IMG/VR virus record: IMGVR_UViG_3300020189_000007
Length of the DNA stretch: 64,000 bases
From: an uncultured virus (IMG/VR IMGVR_UViG_3300020189_000007)
Taxonomy: Duplodnaviria; Heunggongvirae; Uroviricota; Caudoviricetes
Strand: one strand, 5' to 3'
In this document: positions 57,201 through 64,000 of the stretch, piece by piece
Layout of the letters: each line of letters opens with the position of its first letter
Position numbering within the stretch: the first letter of the stretch is position 1
Notes under the pieces: generated by a model
What the model was told of the DNA's origin: nothing
Database searches by the model: none
What the model saw: the letters and a program-made list of their open reading frames with translations, nothing else
Program-made: the position numbers and the translations under genes

Positions 57201-60200
57201 AAAGAAGTTGTTCACTGTATGAAGCACCGTCGAACGTCATAGTTTTATAACGACCCTGGCCGCTTATATTGATACCCGTAGTAGGTGTGGAGGAATTGGG
57301 GGAGGCGGGGTTGGTCTCGCTATCAGCCCATGTAAAAGACGGTAACCAGTTTCTAAAGCCATCAAGATGGGATTCCCCGGGAGAAAAAGACCACGAACCC
57401 TGGAAAGAATTTGGTGCGTCAGAAAATTGAGAATATTGTGTTGCGTACGTGGCATTAACAGTGAAAGGGTCGGCAGGTATTACAGAGTTCCCAGCGGTCT
57501 GCATCCTGCTGAGCTTCATAGCTTGTCCAAATAGCGCTTGACGTGTGTCGACGACAGCTGTCCGAAAGTCGCCATCCCATGATCCTGATGTTAATCCGAG
57601 TCCACGGTCTATGTTGGCGGTGTTTACTATCTTGTCGACATAGCCGTCTTGAGCAGCGCAGTACCCGTAATGTGTGACCTGGCCGAATGTGACTAGCTCT
57701 CTGATCGTGTCTGTCTCAGTTTCCCACCCGACCTTAAGGTCACTCTTCCCTATAGAATATAATGTCTTAAGTTCAGCTCCGTTGGCGAGCAAGACACCGT
57801 TTGTCGGGTCAACAGGAGGATAACCAGAGAAGTCGCCATACCACGCGCGAGATGTTACACACCTGTAACCATGCATTTGCTCCATTTCTCGGTTGGTTGT
57901 TCTTCTAAATTTTATGCCACCGGAGTCGAACCGCATACCGTAAATCTTCTGAGGCTGCTGCCCGGTTGCCCACGGGCACAACGGGAAAAACACCTTAGAG
58001 CTATCCGACGTAAACTCAAATGAAAACTGCACTTTTAGTTTCTCATCTGACTTTGTCTGTCTCAGCAAAAAGAACGTGTCAGCTCTCCAGAAAGGAACAC
58101 CAGGCTCTTCAAAAAGACCCCAGTCATTAATACTAGCTGCGCTAACGTCCTCCCAGTTCTGAGTTTTATAAGTACGCTTCTCAACGAACGATATGGGATG
58201 CTGGGTAGGTCTCCGGATACCAGTTGGGTCGTTTGATCCAGTGACTAGTCCATTCACACCTGCTGCTAGCAGAGGTATGTAAGAAACGTTAACATCAGCG
58301 AATGCCCAGTCAGCAACGGGCTCATTTTCGTCTCTGGATGGAGGTAACGCGGCACCATCATTCCACCCTTGTAAAGAGGGAGAGTGTCCGGGGTCAGAAG
58401 CCGTCCTTGGGCCGGGAACGACTGGTAGCATCATCCTTGCCGGGTAGTTGCCGGGATTAAGACCGAAATAATCAGCGTATGACCATAGACTGCCTGCTCC
58501 CATCACAAACCTAAAACCCGGGTTTGCTTGTCTATCAGGAAGGACAGGAAAACTAAGGCCTCTGTAGGGTTGATTATAATCTGCGTTTGGTATCTCTTGG
58601 CGTGGATGGTTTTGATAACCTAGAAATATTGAAGCTATACAACGATTTTTTAGTGTGTTAGCGTCCCAATACGCCATGTAAGGGTAATCTCTCGGGCGGT
58701 TCCACCTTGCAACCGTAGTCCCTCTTCCTGCGCTAAAGTCATTGACGTCAATGCACCACGAGCCATTAATAAAGCTTCCTCTCGAAACCTCCACCCTCAT
58801 ATGGTCTACAAGCTTCGCGTACTCATTATGCTCATGAAATGCTGCCATCGGAGTATCGACATCAGCCGTGAATTTTAAGTTCGGCATTTGCGAATTATCG
58901 CCCGGGTTGGAATTGTCTTGATTTGTCTCTAACTTGTAGCCCAGCGAATGGGGTCCAGAGTCCTCTACTGCTACGCCAACCTCAAACGCAACTCTTTCAA
59001 CAACGAACGGAGCGTCGATATAATCAGACATGTCTATGAGCTGTTCGTCTTTTGCTTCGTATTTCTGGTGTAACGGAAAACCATAAGAAGTGACTGGAGC
59101 GCCTCTAGAGGCTAGAGGTGCAAATGCGCTACTTCCTTTATCTTCGTAAATCGTGAATCCAGATGTACCAGCAAACCCGATAGAAGAGCTGTTGACAAGC
59201 TCTTGAAATCCATTTGTGTATATATCGACGAGTTTATCAGCTATCGTGCCTGTACCAACAGCAGATCCAGTGCTTACCGTGATAGCACCCGGTATCACGA
59301 AGTCGTTATTCTTGCCTGCTGTTTCCCACTTTCTAGTGGCGAAGTTAAAGTAAGCCATCGAAGTTACACGACCTGTGGTCTCTCCAAGCCAAGACTTCGC
59401 ACCGCCTGTTCTTTCGACACCGATTGTAGTATCATCAACTGGATTCAGGTCAATTATGATAGCGACATGATCACCAAGGCGCTGATTCAAGCCCGGTATC
59501 ACATCTTCACTTACTGCGACTTGCTCATTTTTATCAGCTAATGGATGGTTATCATTAAACGGCTCTATAGTACCGCCAAGAGCGTCAGAGTCCTCACCGA
59601 TCACAATTGGAGAATTTCTAGTACCTACATTAAGTATCTCTGTTTCTTTATGCGACAGACCCTGTCTCATTACACCAGGGCCGACCAACCTTTTGTCATA
59701 CTCAGTCTGATGTAAGTCTCTGTAGAACGGCTTTACGTTTCCTTCCGCACCTCGAGAATCATCACTTCCAGAAAACATATAAGCTGGTAACATCTCGGGA
59801 TACATAATTCCTGAAACCGATCCTGACTGGGGCTGGATTCCATACACCTTGGTGAACTGATCATTAAAGACAGGAGCAGAAGTTACGGGAGAGCTTGGGT
59901 TAGAAGAAGCCGGATAGACAGTTCTGGCATCTAAAAGCTGCTGCGTTCTTCTTGGTGAGCGGTTGTTGAATCCAGACTTGTATTGATTTTCTGCTAGATG
60001 CGACCGAGCTATTGTCTGCATCTGCTCTTGAGTTAGGACAGAATCGAATATTGCGATCTCAGCTAAATCTACTTCTACAAAATCTGCTTCAAGAAATTCG
60101 TTATTTACCCCTCCGCTAACGCTCTTTGTTCCATAACCAACGTAAAGCACGGGATTATTAAGGGTTGGAGCGTTGTTAAGGACGGCGGGGAGAGTTGATG

Positions 60201-60927
60201 CATAGTGCAGCTCTTCTCCCGTCTCTGTGCTGTAGACAGCGAATCTTTCAGCCGTCATGAGCCCACTAGACGAAACAGAAAAAGATCCAAACACTGTTAT
60301 GAACGTAGAAGTTGCGAGACCAGTTGTTGAAAGACTTAGCTGGAACGGTGGTACACCCGTGAACACACTTTGGAAATCACATTTTACTTCCGTATGATCC
60401 AGAGCAATAGAGAAAACGTCTGTTGCTGCGACGACTGGACCCGGGGGCGGATGGTCAGCAAGTATAATGACAGCTTTATCCGACTCTAATTCACTGGTCA
60501 ACTTCAGCTTGACCATAAAAGTCAATGCGCAATCTGTATCCGAATACAGGTCTTTCATATCTTTTGATATAAACACAGGATCTGAGCTTAACGGTAGAGA
60601 CAGTCCCCTTTGGCTCATTAGAGTTCTTACTTTAAGACCTGGCTGGACAACCTCATCCGTGTATACCTTCTCTCCGTATATGTCTAGCTGGTCTAGTGAT
60701 CCTGTCGTCGCCCAAAAATTCCCCGTGTTATTACCGCGGTCTCCTTGCACTACCTTATATGGCTGTGTAGGGTTTCCGTAATCAGTTATGTACGTCCCGG
60801 TCTCAGTATCGGAATCTTGGAAGTGATTAAACCGCACATACGAGACAGCCGCCGGAACGGCAGACCCTGTAATGACAAGAGATTTAGATATATCGTGTAT
60901 AAATGGTGAGTTCTTTGTATCTTTCAC
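54298..60927 (-). CDS. Giant structural protein (2209 aa), N-terminal LamG-like region
   Basis: Long ORF with GTG start overlapping the upstream stop. LYVG...DLAEIAIFDSVLTQEQM is a LamG-like ending. Confidence 0.7.
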   Translation of the reverse strand: MKDTKNSPFIHDISKSLVITGSAVPAAVSYVRFNHFQDSDTETGTYITDYGNPTQPYKVVQGDRGNNTGNFWATTGSLDQLDIYGEKVYTDEVVQPGLKVRTLMSQRGLSLPLSSDPVFISKDMKDLYSDTDCALTFMVKLKLTSELESDKAVIILADHPPPGPVVAATDVFSIALDHTEVKCDFQSVFTGVPPFQLSLSTTGLATSTFITVFGSFSVSSSGLMTAERFAVYSTETGEELHYASTLPAVLNNAPTLNNPVLYVGYGTKSVSGGVNNEFLEADFVEVDLAEIAIFDSVLTQEQMQTIARSHLAENQYKSGFNNRSPRRTQQLLDARTVYPASSNPSSPVTSAPVFNDQFTKVYGIQPQSGSVSGIMYPEMLPAYMFSGSDDSRGAEGNVKPFYRDLHQTEYDKRLVGPGVMRQGLSHKETEILNVGTRNSPIVIGEDSDALGGTIEPFNDNHPLADKNEQVAVSEDVIPGLNQRLGDHVAIIIDLNPVDDTTIGVERTGGAKSWLGETTGRVTSMAYFNFATRKWETAGKNNDFVIPGAITVSTGSAVGTGTIADKLVDIYTNGFQELVNSSSIGFAGTSGFTIYEDKGSSAFAPLASRGAPVTSYGFPLHQKYEAKDEQLIDMSDYIDAPFVVERVAFEVGVAVEDSGPHSLGYKLETNQDNSNPGDNSQMPNLKFTADVDTPMAAFHEHNEYAKLVDHMRVEVSRGSFINGSWCIDVNDFSAGRGTTVARWNRPRDYPYMAYWDANTLKNRCIASIFLGYQNHPRQEIPNADYNQPYRGLSFPVLPDRQANPGFRFVMGAGSLWSYADYFGLNPGNYPARMMLPVVPGPRTASDPGHSPSLQGWNDGAALPPSRDENEPVADWAFADVNVSYIPLLAAGVNGLVTGSNDPTGIRRPTQHPISFVEKRTYKTQNWEDVSAASINDWGLFEEPGVPFWRADTFFLLRQTKSDEKLKVQFSFEFTSDSSKVFFPLCPWATGQQPQKIYGMRFDSGGIKFRRTTNREMEQMHGYRCVTSRAWYGDFSGYPPVDPTNGVLLANGAELKTLYSIGKSDLKVGWETETDTIRELVTFGQVTHYGYCAAQDGYVDKIVNTANIDRGLGLTSGSWDGDFRTAVVDTRQALFGQAMKLSRMQTAGNSVIPADPFTVNATYATQYSQFSDAPNSFQGSWSFSPGESHLDGFRNWLPSFTWADSETNPASPNSSTPTTGINISGQGRYKTMTFDGASYSEQLLSFPRWTGTSYHAGGADVSHTLDNWQPLLLVQKSQVRTLSGSCLWDLWDAVDNQMQEYAGTGTSEREIEPLIPGGSGFSIISTPAWPIGSTDAVDREINSEGVIRYTSAGDQPYLFGRITAGIEADGFPGTNVGNPPVYQRYADFKWWGGFDTPPLSRPSQITDFLGERPLTGWLQAGLGKEKNIYIGQGAKHGGTNIDYDDNWSGFTLMTASTVYRPWGIPGSENATLPLHANVYKRQWLNYEENLTFEVPIKTVTPTTAHDSGYWVVTAEDVWGPQLSDVEGTPGVIFVPFSPTGAASKQAIPWINRTASNFAMHAKRYHRRYTMSPSRGGYNVGPLADGFNSGRVFFRNVAAATQSGAQFQRKFTPSILHGNGRIENEGTIDPTLEAQQIYYEDRYNSQDQALVTGSIATEQAQQSLYVLKPSDKLILGVQPSLPGWNAGSGLPNNRWSNKWGTWDYKESNATERVRSLDADVDGTHKDCLMNLEDPYEPCHGLTMLKGPSRIVLYGSFLRDNKHYSPSSKQQLRSAAVHEALHYDNPVLDQFLTDNAYEYTGNTLAQHITGSMLDGDRGVAGTLAAGNLTFSGSFQRFTRATEDSQVFYDTLLHDPFDICEIDGVVRKGIQAGGYAVINMFMPNDWLIPTTAEYIDTATINLVTDYAFSSAWPHSFPFEEKYSNVKRLVSRDLSFVPRRLGFGSLLEPNSLYFGLSSAMYQYPLGSSPLQLNNEDASDPSLVRFLTGSSGDIIPYDHWKWVEENYPTSPSDPAWSVGQHVSAVTNMANTTVPDFDNASSLSDFYGPMYSTRTITAYRKVTAAMLGYGRQNRKQLDFNPFSFYFNFVEEDINGVVAGNSGNATRFHPAGFKYGYMNCDHLYPSTVHRADHYGQFRDMLEQRLYGKVYSFGDEYNKRGESEAAVTCIFVDADGAPIDDATKTQCLNLSTSAASTKPFIEGEVLREIIINSESVTIE

Positions 60928-61856
60928 GACTGCTCCCCAACTACAAGCAGATTACTAAACGCCAATGAACCGACATTCTGACCTTCAGTAAGACCTCTAT
61001 TAGCCCTTTTCTCAAAAGGGTCAGTCAAACTATCACAAGAAGAACTGTTTAATTGACGTAAGGCTGTTCTCATATCACTATTATTGTGAGTTAGCAAAGA
61101 AAAATAAACTCTGTCATGATAAGTATCTTTCTCTAAAAAGGCAGAATCTGCTGATTGTTCTATGTCTTGGTATGCCTGACTTGCTATCGGCGTCTCACTA
61201 TCATCAAGAGAAAAGACTGTTGGCGCATCTAGAAATGGACGGCAGCTGTTGTCACTTATGTACCAAGCGCTTTCTATCTGCTTGCTACCCCAGGGTTGTT
61301 CCGATGCTGCTCCGACCAGTGCACCCCTTATAGAACGACCCTCATACTTTGTGATTATCTCTCCAAACACTTCTCGTCGGATATCTAAAGGCTCAATAAC
61401 ACCATCGAACTCGTGATCGTCCAATGACCCAGCATTCCACATGTTAACTGGCCACATGACTTCTTGAGAGTCTTTTATATAGATGACAGGATCAAACTTA
61501 ATAGTATCAGCGTAAGGCTCGCCCTTCAGTGTAAGTGTGGGTTGACCAAACCCACGGTTCTCGTAGTCATGACTGACTCTTTCTTCTATTCTTTTTCCAT
61601 CATTTTCTCCGCCCATATCAGCAGAGTTGTTATTTATGATTATAGAGTCATCAAACCCATCAAATGTATCAATCGGGGAGCCGTCCTTGTACATTTCGAT
61701 ACGGTCACCTGAACCCATCCTTGGGAGTAGACTACCCACAAAAGAAGAGAACGTTCTTACGCTAGTTCCTTGATAGAAATATTGCACTGATCCTGTTAGC
61801 GTAGCAGTAGAACCTTTTGATTTGCTGCCACTTAAAACTCTTTGTGATGTCATCAA
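60924..61856 (-). CDS. Hypothetical baseplate-region protein (310 aa)
   Basis: ORF overlapping both neighbours by 4 nt. Confidence 0.7.
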   Translation of the reverse strand: MMTSQRVLSGSKSKGSTATLTGSVQYFYQGTSVRTFSSFVGSLLPRMGSGDRIEMYKDGSPIDTFDGFDDSIIINNNSADMGGENDGKRIEERVSHDYENRGFGQPTLTLKGEPYADTIKFDPVIYIKDSQEVMWPVNMWNAGSLDDHEFDGVIEPLDIRREVFGEIITKYEGRSIRGALVGAASEQPWGSKQIESAWYISDNSCRPFLDAPTVFSLDDSETPIASQAYQDIEQSADSAFLEKDTYHDRVYFSLLTHNNSDMRTALRQLNSSSCDSLTDPFEKRANRGLTEGQNVGSLAFSNLLVVGEQS

Positions 61857-64000
61857 ATCTTCCTTATGTTACCGACCAGCTGTCTTAATAGTATGGTTCC
61901 CTTGAGATTTCTTCTATCATTCTCGCCGAGGTATATGTCACCGGTGTTGTATGGAACCCTACTTCTTTCTAGGGCGTGACCTTCAACAATCATGTTGAAT
62001 CCCTTGTAGTTAGTCTTCTTGGGTATTAGGTTAGTTACCATCGAATCGAAGGACTGGTCTATCCATCTAAAAAACTCAAAAAAGCTAGTGTAGTTAACTT
62101 CCCCGACCAAGCGGTTGAAGTATATCTCTCTCATCTGACGGAGGTCGAAATACTCTTCTGAAAACATAGTGTTTGGTGAACCAAGAGCGGTGTCAAGGGC
62201 GTTTAGTGTGGCAAAGATTTTCATAATGTCTTCGTTAAGAGCTTGAGATACTGAGAACTCTATTGAGAATCTTACATCGTCTACAGGCTCAGTGGCTCTT
62301 GGAATCTCATATATCGGAGCTGGTAGCGTGTCATACTCTGCAATGTTCTCGCCTTCTGTCATACCCAATATCCTCACCTTATTAGATGTCGATGGCTCGT
62401 CAAAAAGATATGATATCGCGCTATAGTCGAATCTTTCAGGCTTTATGACTTGAGTCGATGCCTCAAAGCCCCTAAGAGTGCTGAACCCTCCTGGGTTAGA
62501 GCTAGACGCAAACTGTTGCGAAAAATCTATCAAGGGGTCTATTACACCGCTGACATCTGTTGTGGTAACAGGTTGGTCTGTCGAGATATCTAGTCTCAGT
62601 TTCTCGAATGAACCAGTGATCTCATGAGAAAAACCGAAGTTCTTTAGAGGGTCTTCTACACCCAAAGAAGTAAAGTTCCTCGTGTGTTCTTTCATTTCTT
62701 CTTGTGTCAAGGCTTTCGACCAAAACCTTGTGTGACCCATTAGCCCAGAAAAGTTTGTTGTTCTAGCTTTTTCAACTATTGTGCTATCATTTAAGTGGCG
62801 AGAAATAGAGTCGTCTAGTGTCTGGCTTCCAACCACTATGAAAGAGCCTGATGCGTTCAGCGTCGTGCCAAGATAATCTTTCTTTTGGAACGCATTTTCT
62901 CCAACGACATTTGAGTCCAAGAACAAAGACGATGTTGTGTAATATTCCAGTATCTCGCCATTCTCTTGTCTGGCAAGAGTCAGAAAGTAGCTTGATGACA
63001 CATAGCTGTCTATCTCATCATTTCTCTTTCTTCCCGCGGATACGTACCATTTATTTCCGTCGAAGATGTTGACATCATTAATAGAGAGAGTTAATAGATC
63101 ATCTGAGGTTTCAAAGCCGGGTCGGCAATACAGCGTCACTATTCCATTCTCGGCATCTTCGTCAATATTGGGGTCTGCTACCAAGTTCACAATCACGTTG
63201 TGCGATACAGACGATCCAGTTGTGTGTAGTCGTAAAAGACTTTGTGGATCATAAAAATTTCTAGTTGTAGGAAACTTAAATCTACTTTCTATCGACCAGC
63301 TTCCGGATGTGAACAAGCCGTCATTTTCAGAGTTGGATATGCCGTGTGGAGAATACTCTTCCTGTTGTATCATTACTCCAGAAATGTCAGGATAACCGAC
63401 TTCTATCCTAGACCCAGTCAAGAAAGAAGATATTAGGTTTGGCTTGTTGCTGTTGTATCCCTGTACGTCTGTTGTAGCAGAGGGAGTGTAGGAGATACTT
63501 CCCGAAAAATCTAGTAACGTCGATATTTCTGTTATCTTTTTTCTTGACCGGCCGAGCCGAAGTTGGTTTTCACTCCCGTACTCAACGAATCGAAACATCC
63601 TATCCGGATCGATACCGGCGGATCTAAATAGGGATTTTATACTATGCAGTGTCCCTTTCGATCGTACAATCTCAGGTAGATTAATTAATATTCTACGCCA
63701 TATTTCGTTCTGTAGTGCCAGAAGGCCCGGTACTTTCCCAGCAACTATAGATTCACCGTCAAAGAATTGGTCATAACTTGCGTTCCTAAACATGCTAGAA
63801 AGCTCAAAACCGTAATACTCAGATAACATTGGTAAAAGCTGGTTCGCTATCGATTCCTCTGATTCATAGTCTATATGAACTAGTTCAGATGCATGATCGA
63901 TCATTTGCTTTAATTCGTCGAACATTCTGGCCCACATAAACAACAGAGCTGATATGATCTGTGGTTGTCCCATCTTGGCTGCGCCAGGAACAGAATATGC
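61853..64000 (-). CDS. Baseplate wedge-like protein with LamG-like domain (starts beyond the right edge)
   Basis: The frame is open from 64000 (AYSVPGAAK) into the listed ORF. Motifs LINLPEIVRSKGTLHSIK (wedge-like xKGT), SWSIESRFK, HTRFWSKALT and NLIPKKT...IVEGHALERSR. Confidence 0.65.
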   Translation of the reverse strand, partial: AYSVPGAAKMGQPQIISALLFMWARMFDELKQMIDHASELVHIDYESEESIANQLLPMLSEYYGFELSSMFRNASYDQFFDGESIVAGKVPGLLALQNEIWRRILINLPEIVRSKGTLHSIKSLFRSAGIDPDRMFRFVEYGSENQLRLGRSRKKITEISTLLDFSGSISYTPSATTDVQGYNSNKPNLISSFLTGSRIEVGYPDISGVMIQQEEYSPHGISNSENDGLFTSGSWSIESRFKFPTTRNFYDPQSLLRLHTTGSSVSHNVIVNLVADPNIDEDAENGIVTLYCRPGFETSDDLLTLSINDVNIFDGNKWYVSAGRKRNDEIDSYVSSSYFLTLARQENGEILEYYTTSSLFLDSNVVGENAFQKKDYLGTTLNASGSFIVVGSQTLDDSISRHLNDSTIVEKARTTNFSGLMGHTRFWSKALTQEEMKEHTRNFTSLGVEDPLKNFGFSHEITGSFEKLRLDISTDQPVTTTDVSGVIDPLIDFSQQFASSSNPGGFSTLRGFEASTQVIKPERFDYSAISYLFDEPSTSNKVRILGMTEGENIAEYDTLPAPIYEIPRATEPVDDVRFSIEFSVSQALNEDIMKIFATLNALDTALGSPNTMFSEEYFDLRQMREIYFNRLVGEVNYTSFFEFFRWIDQSFDSMVTNLIPKKTNYKGFNMIVEGHALERSRVPYNTGDIYLGENDRRNLKGTILLRQLVGNIRKI

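Noticed and set aside
2814..57455. Short alternative-frame minus-strand ORFs (e.g. 2814-3023, 13747-14163, 17558-17944, 43553-43816)
   Set aside because: They are nested in or overlap stronger genes, and some cross terminators. No independent evidence supports them.
21..63436. Many plus-strand ORFs of 60-173 aa in the ORF track
   Set aside because: They lie antisense to well-supported minus-strand genes and show no recognisable motifs. They are best explained as shadows of codon bias.
1..64000. Stop-codon recoding, as found in some large phages
   Set aside because: ORFs are long and densely packed under the standard code, and TAA, TAG and TGA all end genes at sensible boundaries.
1..64000. 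tRNA, rRNA, integrase, transposase or defence genes
   Set aside because: Intergenic gaps are short and are explained by promoters and terminators. No such motifs were seen by eye; a covariance-model scan would be needed to exclude small RNAs.

Overview
The window is a 64-kb piece of the virion-morphogenesis region of a large (probably jumbo) contractile-tailed phage whose head and tail proteins are distantly T4-like. About 37 genes all lie on the minus strand, and the standard genetic code appears to be used. In transcription order (right to left) they are: baseplate, LamG-like and fibre genes (including 2209-aa and 2417-aa proteins); a RuvC-like resolvase, a DnaG-like primase and a fused Mre11-Rad50 (SbcD-SbcC); large terminase; portal; prohead protease; scaffold; major capsid; neck and terminator proteins; two tandem tail sheaths; tail tube; a chaperone pair; and a tape measure protein running off the left edge. 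Four signals go beyond the gene list. (1) A U7 site at 1950-1956 could fuse the two chaperone ORFs by a +1/-2 shift, whereas -1 hits a stop. (2) A motif ATA[G/T/C]TTA sits in most intergenic gaps and is a candidate late promoter. (3) The same C(UUCG)G hairpin plus terminator unit follows tube, capsid and an unknown 468-aa gene. (4) [S/T]-G-S motifs are strongly enriched in proteins expected on the virion surface, possibly a modification sequon. All product calls come from motifs and gene order read by eye; no database search was run. No tRNA, CRISPR array, reverse transcriptase or mobile element was seen.
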